64,000 bases of DNA from an uncultured Clostridium sp. (GTDB taxonomy: Bacteria; Bacillota_I; Bacilli_A; RF39; UBA660): NCBI GenBank assembly GCA_964578175.1, contig CAZOBH010000001.1, positions 3,198-67,197 of the forward strand, given 5' to 3'. The notes beneath the pieces are model-generated. The model did not search any database. It saw only the letters and a list, made by a program, of their open reading frames with translations, and was not told the origin of the DNA. Shown in pieces: positions 1 through 8,399 of the stretch. The position numbers were made by a program, and so were the translations under genes. Positions within the stretch are counted from its first letter, which is position 1. Every line of letters begins with the position of its first letter.

Positions 1-772
1 CTCCATCTCTTTTAGAAATCTTCTTTCCACCTTCTTTTATAATATGTGGTAGATGAATATATTCAGGAGATTCCCATCCAAAAGCTTTATAAAGTAATAA
101 ATACTTTGGTGTAGATGAAAGGTACTCATTTCCTCTTACTACATGAGTTATACCCATTAAATGGTCATCTACTACATTAGCAAAATTATAAGTTGGATAT
201 CCATCTGATTTTAAAAGTATTTGATCTTCTAAAACACTATTTTCAACACTAATTTTTCCATATACTAAATCTTCATAAGAAGTAGTACCTTCTTTTGGCA
301 TCTTTTGTCTTATAACGTATGGTTCTCCATTTTTTAATTTTTCTTCAATCTCTTCTTTTGAAAGTTTTAAACAATGTCCATCATACATAAAAGGAACTTT
401 TCTAATGTCTGCTTCTTCTCTAAGTTTTTCTAATCTATCTTCAGAACAAAAACAATAATAAGCTTCTCCTTTATCAACTAATTCTAAAGCATACTTTTTA
501 TATAAATCTACTCTTTCACTTTGTGTATATGGTCCAAAATCTCCACCTTCTAAAGGTCCTTCATCAATATGAATATTACATAATTTTAAAGTATTATATA
601 TAAATTCAACTGCTCCTTCAACTTCTCTTTTTTGATCTGTATCTTCTATTCTTAATATAAATTTTCCATTTTGAGACTTTGCAACTAAATACTCAAATAA
701 AGCACTTCTTAAATTTCCAATATGCATAAATCCAGTTGGACTTGGTGCAAATCTTGTTCTTACTTCCTTCAT
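1..772 (-). CDS. gltX: Glutamate--tRNA ligase, N-terminal ~257 codons (3' end runs off the left edge)
   Basis: Own translation of the minus strand from the ATG at 772 gives [32 protein letters not shown]..., with the class-I HIGN signature and a KISKR (KMSKS-like) motif near the window edge. An AGGTGA RBS lies upstream. It is absent from the ORF track because it is truncated. Confidence 0.9.
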   Translation of the reverse strand, partial: MKEVRTRFAPSPTGFMHIGNLRSALFEYLVAKSQNGKFILRIEDTDQKREVEGAVEFIYNTLKLCNIHIDEGPLEGGDFGPYTQSERVDLYKKYALELVDKGEAYYCFCSEDRLEKLREEADIRKVPFMYDGHCLKLSKEEIEEKLKNGEPYVIRQKMPKEGTTSYEDLVYGKISVENSVLEDQILLKSDGYPTYNFANVVDDHLMGITHVVRGNEYLSSTPKYLLLYKAFGWESPEYIHLPHIIKEGGKKISKRDG

Positions 773-830
773 TTCAATCACCTATCGTTATTTTATCATT
801 TATATTCCTTTAAATCTATATATATAACTT

Positions 831-857
831 AAAAAGAGTGATAAAAGCACTCTTTTT
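831..857 (-). terminator. Rho-independent terminator after the 73-aa ORF, insulating gltX
   Basis: Perfect 10-bp stem AAAAAGAGTG / CACTCTTTTT with loop ATAAAAG. On the minus strand the hairpin runs into a T-tract. Confidence 0.7.
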
Positions 858-869
858 ATTAATTTATTA

Positions 870-1091
870 TTACATATTTTTAATACTTATTAATTCTTTA
901 TATACATTTTCTATATCTTCTTTTTTAATTCCCAAATCTTGTAATATAGCATATGCATATTTAATGTTCATTTTAAAGAAACATTTATCATCATCTAATA
1001 TATTTTTAATCAACTTTTGTTTTTTTATTTCTTCTTCATTTGTTGATGTTTCAATAATCTTTTTGTTTAATTCTCTTAATTTATCTAACAT
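870..1091 (-). CDS. Small hypothetical protein (73 aa), start overlaps the stop of the upstream 608-aa ORF
   Basis: ORF track entry. It overlaps the upstream gene by 11 nt, an AAGGAGG lies about 11 nt upstream, and the composition is lysine/glutamate-rich and helical. I recognise no family. Confidence 0.45.
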   Translation of the reverse strand: MLDKLRELNKKIIETSTNEEEIKKQKLIKNILDDDKCFFKMNIKYAYAILQDLGIKKEDIENVYKELISIKNM

Positions 1092-2898
1092 GATCAGACA
1101 TACCTCCTTTTGAAACTGGCATTTCTTCAGATTCTTCAGCTGCCATCAATATTCCTGGTATAGCTCTTCCAATATCTCTAATAAATCCAAAATCACCATT
1201 ATTAAAATTAGTTACTATTTCTTCTCTAGTAGTTTTTCTAACACCAAAATCAGAATGGTATAGATAATATGTTATATTGTTTTCATCATTAAATCCAGTT
1301 GGTGAAAACGAAATTATTCCAGTTGCAGTTGATTTTTGACCTTGATCCATATTTACCCTATCTTGAACATGTAAGAATGAAATATTATCATTTAACTCAT
1401 TCTCAGTAAATAAAATATGTTTTAATTCAAGAACATATGATAAAGTATCTACTTCTCCAAGACTTGCATCTTCGATTCTATCTAAAAGGATACCAAATCT
1501 ATCTACTAAAGAAACTCCATAATATGTATTTTGTTCACTATCTTCTGTATTAGTTGTATGACTATCTACATGTTGTTGATAAAGTTGAAGCGCTATTTCA
1601 AAATCACCTTCTCCATAACCAGAAATAATATGTTCAAACGTTTCTTCTTGTTCAACTTTTGATACATCTCCTTTTTCCTGTTCAACTATTAATCTATACA
1701 TTTTACTTACAGCAGTACTAAATTTTTCTTGCGTATAAATATTTCTATTCTCACATTTTAACCCTTCTAGTCTTTCATCCCTTTTAGCTCTATAAAGATC
1801 TCCTCTTAAAATTGAAGTGACAGAATCAGCATTTACTATAACATTACCAACTCTAAAAGTTAAATTAGCGTGCCCATCACCATATTGTTCGTCAACTAAA
1901 CCTTTATAATTAGTTTGAAAATTAATAGGTATTTCGCTTAATAACTTAGAATAAATCATATTAAATTCATAACATACTACTTTGTTATTATCTACACTTA
2001 TATCTTTAACATGTTCTAAACTACTATGTTTTCTTTTAACTTCTCCTCTTTGACCCTCAGCATAATATTCATCATCATATTTTAAAATTTTACACATCTT
2101 TATATAGATATAAATTGCTTTCTCTAATTCTGATGCATCCGTTGGCATTCCATCAAGGATTCTATTTCTTAATTCAGAATTTATCTCTACATTCTTATAT
2201 AAAGTATCAGTAGTTTTAAAATATTTATTTACAGCATACGTATCAACAAAATAATCACTTCTTAAAAGACTTAAAGTACCTTCTATTTCTTCTGGCAATA
2301 TATAACGAGACTCAATTTTATTTTCATTAAAATAAGATAAACCAGCATATGCAAAATACTCTATTGGTATTCCTTTAAAATTACCATTTTCGAATAACAA
2401 ATCATATACATCGTCTTCAGCCATCTTCATAAATTGTATTAAATCTTTTACTTTAAATGAATATTCTTTTCCATCAATTGATATAGTATATTCTTCATCT
2501 TTTACACTTTCTTCGAAATTAGAAAAATCAATATCAGAAATAAGTTCTTTTACAAATTTTTTTCCTTCAACAGATTCCTCTATTAATCCACTATTAAAAG
2601 CGTCAATTAATCCATAGATAATTTCAACTTTAGAACAAGAAATAGGTTTATAGAAATCTCCATATTTAATAGAAGTAACCGTAAAAATAGCTTCATCACC
2701 ATTCATGAATCTTTTAATCTTATCATGATAAGTACTATCAAATAAAATCTTTTTTAAGAATTCAACACTTATCTCTATTTCCTCATCTATAACTAATTCC
2801 CCATCATTTAGAAAATCCATTTCATCAATTGATACAAATAAATACTTATCACTATTAAATTGTGGATTGCTTTTTAAAAATTCAGATACTTCATCCAT
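1081..2898 (-). CDS. Large uncharacterised protein with a central transglutaminase-like / papain-fold Cys-His-Asp core
   Basis: The track ORF is 1081..2907 and begins at a GTG inside the AGGTGA RBS, so the ATG at 2898 (MDEVSEF...) is the more likely start. The central segment ELEKAIYIYIKMCKILKYDDEYY...KVVCYEFNMIYSKLLSEIPINF...GHANLTFRVGNVIVNADS follows the transglutaminase-like pattern (helix, Cys, His, Asp). Confidence 0.6.
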   Translation of the reverse strand: MDEVSEFLKSNPQFNSDKYLFVSIDEMDFLNDGELVIDEEIEISVEFLKKILFDSTYHDKIKRFMNGDEAIFTVTSIKYGDFYKPISCSKVEIIYGLIDAFNSGLIEESVEGKKFVKELISDIDFSNFEESVKDEEYTISIDGKEYSFKVKDLIQFMKMAEDDVYDLLFENGNFKGIPIEYFAYAGLSYFNENKIESRYILPEEIEGTLSLLRSDYFVDTYAVNKYFKTTDTLYKNVEINSELRNRILDGMPTDASELEKAIYIYIKMCKILKYDDEYYAEGQRGEVKRKHSSLEHVKDISVDNNKVVCYEFNMIYSKLLSEIPINFQTNYKGLVDEQYGDGHANLTFRVGNVIVNADSVTSILRGDLYRAKRDERLEGLKCENRNIYTQEKFSTAVSKMYRLIVEQEKGDVSKVEQEETFEHIISGYGEGDFEIALQLYQQHVDSHTTNTEDSEQNTYYGVSLVDRFGILLDRIEDASLGEVDTLSYVLELKHILFTENELNDNISFLHVQDRVNMDQGQKSTATGIISFSPTGFNDENNITYYLYHSDFGVRKTTREEIVTNFNNGDFGFIRDIGRAIPGILMAAEESEEMPVSKGGMSDHVR

Positions 2899-2944
2899 AT
2901 CAATCACCTATTTTAAGTATATCATAAACAAGAGGTTCTTTATA

Positions 2945-2971
2945 AAAATAAAAAGAGATTTAAAATCTCTT
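2945..2971 (-). terminator. Rho-independent terminator closing the vWA-to-SPFH operon
   Basis: Stem AAGAGAT / ATCTCTT with loop TTAAA, followed by a T-run on the minus strand. It lies immediately after the SPFH stop at 2978. Confidence 0.7.
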
Positions 2972-2977
2972 TACATT

Positions 2978-3940
2978 TTATTCTTTTGGAGTGTTGTTTG
3001 CGTTATTTACATTATCTTGGATAGCTCCACCAAACATATCTCCCATTTTCATACCCATTACTGAAGCACCAACATTACTTGGATTATTAGCAAGATCTTT
3101 CATAGCTTGAGCTTCACTTAATTTAGTATAAACATCAGCTTCTTCACTTGTAGCGGAAGTTGCTTTCATCTTAATATCTGTTCTTTCTCTCATTGATTTC
3201 TTAACTTCTTCTGGAACATCAATTGAAGCAACAGTTAGTTTAGTAATTTCTACTCCTAAACTATCAGTTTGTTTTGATACATTTTTAATTACATCTTTAC
3301 CAATCTTATCTTGTTCTTTAGCCATTTCATCGAATGAAAGTCCAAGATTTGCAATTTCTGTTGCAATACTAGATTGTACGAATGGAGTTAATGAATTATA
3401 TAACTCACCAACAGTAAATACTTCTTGATCTCCTGTTACATTAGTTAATAAATTAACTGGATTATTAACTTTAACTACATATTCTCCATTAGCACTAATT
3501 TCAATTGGTCCCCATGTTGGATCATTATAAAGTACTGGTTTTTCAGTTCTAAATGTTAACCCAATCTTTTCAGTCAATGAAATAAAGTAAATAGCTTGTT
3601 GATTAATTACTTCTCCTTTATATGCAATACGTTTCATTGCTTCAACTATTTGTGAACCAATTCCTTCAAAAATATTTGTTTGGAATAATGTAGGTGCTGA
3701 AGTATCCATAAAATACATTCCAGGTTCAGTAATGATATCTTTAATTGCTCCATTATCTACTAAGATTGCACATTGTCCTGGTGAAACATAAAGTCTTGAT
3801 TTATCTTGGATTACTCCATTTTCAGTAGTTACTTTAACTAATAAAGTATCCTTATCTAAACTATCACACTTAATAACCTCTTTAAATTGATCGCTGTATT
3901 GTCCACTTACAGCAGTTTGAATTGATTTAATAAATCCCAT
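2978..3940 (-). CDS. SPFH (stomatin/prohibitin/flotillin-like) domain protein, COG4260 / YdjI-like, without the C-terminal zinc ribbon
   Basis: The 320-aa ORF has a strong AGGAGG RBS. The N-terminal region (LYVSPGQCAILVDNGAIKDIITEPGMYF) and overall layout resemble B. subtilis YdjI-type SPFH proteins. This rests on recalled similarity, not a search. Confidence 0.6.
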   Translation of the reverse strand: MGFIKSIQTAVSGQYSDQFKEVIKCDSLDKDTLLVKVTTENGVIQDKSRLYVSPGQCAILVDNGAIKDIITEPGMYFMDTSAPTLFQTNIFEGIGSQIVEAMKRIAYKGEVINQQAIYFISLTEKIGLTFRTEKPVLYNDPTWGPIEISANGEYVVKVNNPVNLLTNVTGDQEVFTVGELYNSLTPFVQSSIATEIANLGLSFDEMAKEQDKIGKDVIKNVSKQTDSLGVEITKLTVASIDVPEEVKKSMRERTDIKMKATSATSEEADVYTKLSEAQAMKDLANNPSNVGASVMGMKMGDMFGGAIQDNVNNANNTPKE

Positions 3941-3949
3941 ATTTTCCTC

Positions 3950-5152
3950 CTATTTATTACTTAAATAATCTTCTATAAGATCATAAGTTTCTTTTTTTAG
4001 ACCACTAGTAACACTAGTTATCTCTTTAGGTATACCATTTATACCAACTTTTGTTACATCGTATTTACCACCAGTTGTTCCTACTCTAAATCCATAATTC
4101 TTCCAAGCTATATTTTGTAATTTTTCATTATCATATGCTTTTAAGTATTCATTTCCTCCTTCAGAGAAAGTTGCAATACAATGTGAATTCCATATTGTTG
4201 GTCTTGGATATAAAATAACTATCTCATCTGCTAATTCTTTATATGCATCACTATATTTGTTATTAAACTCAATTAATGACTTTTCATAGTCAACAATCAT
4301 AGGTTTAGCTCCTTGTCCAGTTTTTAAATATAGTTCAAATAAGTCAGCAGGAGTATTGTTCATATATCCTGATTTCTTATAGAATTCCTTTAATTTAGGT
4401 AATGTTTTTTCTATATTAGCATCACTAAGATCTCCATTTGTCATTACAGATAATAATAATCCATAATATGTAAGTCCTGGAGAAGAACTTGCTGGATCTG
4501 TAGAATAAATATTTATTTTTCCATAAATACTATTTAATCCAATATCAGACCATGTTTTTCCTTCTAATATATAATTTAGTAGTTTATTCATATCGTCTAT
4601 ATAATAAACTCCATTTTCGTTAGTTACTATTTTTTCTTTAATTAATGCATTAGCAACATCTTTCCAACTATAAATTACAATTGGAGTATTAAGAGTTAAT
4701 GACCCATCTAATACTTGATATCTAGCTGCTTCACCGTCTTTTGGTTGTAATTTATAATAGTTGTAATATCTTTCATCTGATGTAAATAAAGCATCATATT
4801 TAGTACAACTAGGACTATTAATGTTTATTGAAGAATCCACTTGATAATGTTGTTCAAATGTTTCTCTTACTAATGGTAATTGAATTGTTTTACCATTACT
4901 CCAAGAATCATATACAACATTTAATTTATATTCATCTTCCATAATCTTAACTATTTCAGGATCAGCAATAAAATCTTCTTTTCCTCCACCCGTTGCTATA
5001 TAAATTGTTTTAAGATTTTTATTACCACCATTAAATGCAGTTTTAATAACTATTGCAAGAATTATTACAACAAGTACTATTGCAACACCAATAATCTTTT
5101 CAACTTTTCCTTCTTTTATTTTACTTAATGGATTGTTATTACTATTGTCCAT
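3950..5152 (-). CDS. Membrane-anchored extracytoplasmic solute-binding-like protein
   Basis: The track ORF is 3950..5161 (GTG start); the ATG at 5152 has better spacing from AGGTG. There is one N-terminal TM helix (IIGVAIVLVVIILAIVI). The ectodomain resembles the N-terminal half of the neighbouring 534-aa protein. Confidence 0.55.
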   Translation of the reverse strand: MDNSNNNPLSKIKEGKVEKIIGVAIVLVVIILAIVIKTAFNGGNKNLKTIYIATGGGKEDFIADPEIVKIMEDEYKLNVVYDSWSNGKTIQLPLVRETFEQHYQVDSSININSPSCTKYDALFTSDERYYNYYKLQPKDGEAARYQVLDGSLTLNTPIVIYSWKDVANALIKEKIVTNENGVYYIDDMNKLLNYILEGKTWSDIGLNSIYGKINIYSTDPASSSPGLTYYGLLLSVMTNGDLSDANIEKTLPKLKEFYKKSGYMNNTPADLFELYLKTGQGAKPMIVDYEKSLIEFNNKYSDAYKELADEIVILYPRPTIWNSHCIATFSEGGNEYLKAYDNEKLQNIAWKNYGFRVGTTGGKYDVTKVGINGIPKEITSVTSGLKKETYDLIEDYLSNK

Positions 5153-5747
5153 CTTCATCACCTACTTCTATATTATCTTTTTCAAATCCTAAATTCTTTT
5201 CAAATATCTTTATTTCATTATCTATATCAATCATCTTAGCTTCTTGCATGTTCTTAAGTTGTTTATCAAATCCACTAGATATTGCTTCGATGAATTTAGG
5301 AGCTTCTTTAATATATTTATTATCATTAGCATTTTGTTCTTTTTTATCTTGTACCATTTTATATTTATAAAGTATTTTATATGTTGCATCAAAGTAATAA
5401 TCGAAGAAATCAAAAGCCTGTTCTACTTTTTTAGGTCGTTGTCTTAATGCTACTAATATTGCGTCAGTCTTCTCTGTAATGTTTTTTATATGTTTATCAA
5501 TTTCTTCATTATTGATTGCTGTTGATAAATTTTGAATTTTAGATGCCATAAAATAATAATTATTTACATCATTTTCATTAAACTGTCTAATATCTTTTTC
5601 TTTAAATAAAAGTATTCCACCAAGTCCTATTAATATTGTTAAAACTAAAGATAATATCAAATGAATATTAAATATTAAATAGAAAATTATAAATGATACT
5701 GAAGCAAGTATAGCAGAATACAAATATCTTCTTTGAATTTGTCTCAT
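5142..5747 (-). CDS. XpaC-like membrane protein (5-bromo-4-chloroindolyl phosphate hydrolysis family, PF10112-like)
   Basis: It has two N-terminal TM helices followed by a helical cytoplasmic domain containing the FDFFDYYFDATYKILYKY motif. The start overlaps the upstream stop (TAATG). Family assignment is from memory of the architecture. Confidence 0.45.
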   Translation of the reverse strand: MRQIQRRYLYSAILASVSFIIFYLIFNIHLILSLVLTILIGLGGILLFKEKDIRQFNENDVNNYYFMASKIQNLSTAINNEEIDKHIKNITEKTDAILVALRQRPKKVEQAFDFFDYYFDATYKILYKYKMVQDKKEQNANDNKYIKEAPKFIEAISSGFDKQLKNMQEAKMIDIDNEIKIFEKNLGFEKDNIEVGDEDGQ

Positions 5748-7351
5748 TAACTATAACTCCTTACTTCTTTAAATGCTTTCTTTAATCCTGATTTACCATC
5801 AAATATCTTACCATTTGTTAAGCTAGTTATTTCACTTAATTGTCTTTCACTTGCCTCACCAAACGTAATTGCGTATACTGGGATATTTTTTGCTTTCTCA
5901 CTAGATCTAAGATAATCAGTTATCTCATATAAACCACCATTATTTGATTCTCCATCAGTCATTAATATTACTGTTTTTGTATAACTATCATCAGTTTTAT
6001 CAAGTATTTTTAGTGCTTCAGCAGTAGGTGAATAAATATTGGTACCACCTTCAGCATATAATCTATAGTTCAGATAATCAATTAAATTTTGCGTATTATT
6101 ACCTTTATAATTAATAGTTATATCTCTTGTATACGCATCAAATGTAATAACAGTAATAATATCTTTTGATGAAAATTGAACTCTAGCTTTACTAGCTTCT
6201 TCTTTTGTTAAAATATAATTCATTGCGTCTTTAAGATCATTCATTCCCTCTCCTGCCATAGATCCAGATTTATCTAGACAAAATACAAAATGTCCTGGTC
6301 TTCTAAACTCTTCTATGTATAAATCAAAAGCTTTTTCCATAACTTTCTTAGATGGGAATTTTTGAGCAACTAAATATTCATTAGTATTAATTCCCCAACT
6401 ACTTTTAAACACAGAACTATCCGCATTTTTATTAACTCCACCATACCAAGTTCTAAATCCTTTTGATTCAAGTTTTTTCATAGTATCACTACTTCTTAAA
6501 AACTTTTGTATTAACTCGAACTTATCTTCTTTCTTTTGATCATTTTCAACATAAGCAAATGGCATATCATTTAGTGCAACACCATCTTTTGGATATATCA
6601 AATATAATGGTTCTTTATTATTTTTTTCAAGTGATTTATTAATATTAATTAATGTTGATTCAAATGATATTACTGCTTCATAATCACCATTAACAAACAT
6701 ATCTTCTAGATATCCTTCATCTCCTGATGTTCTAGTAACTCCACTAAAGAATGCTTTCATATTTGATTTTAAAGTTTGACTATCAAGCATATCTTCTGTT
6801 AATACTTCAGGAGAACCTGCTATTGAATTTAAAAATGCTAAATAACCAGTAGCTCCAGTGTTTGTTGAAAGTGGAGAAGTCATAACATATTTTAAATTAC
6901 CTGATTTTATAGCATTTAAAATATCTTTATTATATACATTCTTACCTACAAAATTTAATTTTTCTGCTTTAGATTTTCTAATACCTATAACTACTGGATC
7001 TATTGCTATTGATTTAGAATTTTCAACTAGGTATGGATTATCCAACATATATGTCCACATAGAATTAGACATCCATACTGCATCATAATTACTACTATCA
7101 TCATTCAATGTCTCTACTATTTCCATATCATCCATATATTCAATGTTTAAATATATATTTTGTTCTTCAGCAAACTTTTCTAATTCTTCTTTATAAGGAG
7201 ATGTAGAACTAGCCGCTAATAAATTAAATGTTCTAGATCCATTAAATAATTCACCTATAGAACTTCCTGCAAATCTAATTAGTACATAAAGTACTATAAT
7301 AACAACAATTACGATACCAATAACTTTTGAACCACTTTTTTTTCTTTCCAT
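5747..7351 (-). CDS. Membrane-anchored substrate-binding + von Willebrand factor A (vWA) domain protein
   Basis: It has an N-terminal TM helix and a solute-binding-like ectodomain. The C-terminal vWA domain (nt ~5762-6292) carries MIDAS residues DKSGS (DxSxS), GGT and MTDGE. Confidence 0.75.
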   Translation of the reverse strand: MERKKSGSKVIGIVIVVIIVLYVLIRFAGSSIGELFNGSRTFNLLAASSTSPYKEELEKFAEEQNIYLNIEYMDDMEIVETLNDDSSNYDAVWMSNSMWTYMLDNPYLVENSKSIAIDPVVIGIRKSKAEKLNFVGKNVYNKDILNAIKSGNLKYVMTSPLSTNTGATGYLAFLNSIAGSPEVLTEDMLDSQTLKSNMKAFFSGVTRTSGDEGYLEDMFVNGDYEAVISFESTLININKSLEKNNKEPLYLIYPKDGVALNDMPFAYVENDQKKEDKFELIQKFLRSSDTMKKLESKGFRTWYGGVNKNADSSVFKSSWGINTNEYLVAQKFPSKKVMEKAFDLYIEEFRRPGHFVFCLDKSGSMAGEGMNDLKDAMNYILTKEEASKARVQFSSKDIITVITFDAYTRDITINYKGNNTQNLIDYLNYRLYAEGGTNIYSPTAEALKILDKTDDSYTKTVILMTDGESNNGGLYEITDYLRSSEKAKNIPVYAITFGEASERQLSEITSLTNGKIFDGKSGLKKAFKEVRSYS

Positions 7352-7413
7352 CTTATCTTCACCATTTTAAATATATCATATTTATACAAAAAAAAATATA
7401 AAAAAAGAAAAGA

Positions 7414-8085
7414 TTATTTTGAAGATAAACGATCTATTTCTTTATCTATAAATTCGCATGTTTTATCTATATCTTCAGCTATCTTTTCTATATCAAATAA
7501 ATCTGATTCATAATATTCAGCATTATCAATTACATTATTAGTATAATTTATAGTGCCTTCATTTCCAAATAAACCAGTTAAATCAAGTTCATCTATATTA
7601 AAATCAAAATTATTATACTCTATTTTTTCAATAGGTAATGATATTAAATTATACTTTTCAATTAAAGGAAGATCCATAGAATGAATATTTTTCCATTTAA
7701 ATTTAGAAAATTCCTCTTTGTTTTCAGTATAATAAATAGAACCATCTTTCTTTATAAATGCATGATTACCATTTACTTTAGTTATATATTTTGGATAAAC
7801 ATAATTTCTCCAATAAGTATCAGTTATTAAATGAGTTAAATATCCTAGATACATCGGATTATTCATTTTATCTTTATATTTTTCATAAAAAGCATCATAA
7901 TCTTCATTCTTTTTACCAAAAGATGAATTATAAAAATGACTTAAATTTCTATTCTCTCCACCAAAAACTTTTGCATTCCTCCAGCAATCAGGAGCAATAT
8001 TACCTAAAGTAAATAGCACATCATCTAATTTATATTTTTTATTTAAGTTTTTAGCAACTGATTCATGTATTGTAAATGGTGGCAT
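7414..8085 (-). CDS. Hypothetical protein, possibly zinc-dependent phospholipase C-like / metal-dependent hydrolase family
   Basis: The 223-aa ORF has an AAGGAG RBS. The N-terminal H...LGNIAPD motif is reminiscent of the Zn_dep_PLPC family. This is a weak assignment. Confidence 0.35.
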   Translation of the reverse strand: MPPFTIHESVAKNLNKKYKLDDVLFTLGNIAPDCWRNAKVFGGENRNLSHFYNSSFGKKNEDYDAFYEKYKDKMNNPMYLGYLTHLITDTYWRNYVYPKYITKVNGNHAFIKKDGSIYYTENKEEFSKFKWKNIHSMDLPLIEKYNLISLPIEKIEYNNFDFNIDELDLTGLFGNEGTINYTNNVIDNAEYYESDLFDIEKIAEDIDKTCEFIDKEIDRLSSK

Positions 8086-8132
8086 ATTATCACTCCTTTA
8101 TAAAATTATATCATAAAAAGGTTAACAATAAG

Positions 8133-8390
8133 TTAACCTTTAAAATTACCAGCTACGCTTTCAATCTCTTGTAATTCAAATCTATATTCTTGTTTAACAT
8201 TAGGATATTTTTCATGATCAACAGTAGATAAGAACATATCTTTTGGTCTAACCCATAAACCACCATCTCCATATAATCTTCTATAAACTACCATATCTTC
8301 TTTAGTTTCAGAGTCTTTAGCAATTCCTTCAACTAAATAATAATCTCCTTTAAAATGTTTATAAATACCATTTATTTTTAATTCACGCAT
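8133..8390 (-). CDS. DUF1653 domain protein
   Basis: YKHFKGDYYLVEGIAKDSETKEDMVVYRRLYGDGGLWVRPKDMFL matches the characteristic DUF1653 core. Confidence 0.75.
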   Translation of the reverse strand: MRELKINGIYKHFKGDYYLVEGIAKDSETKEDMVVYRRLYGDGGLWVRPKDMFLSTVDHEKYPNVKQEYRFELQEIESVAGNFKG

Positions 8391-8399
8391 AATTTCCTC

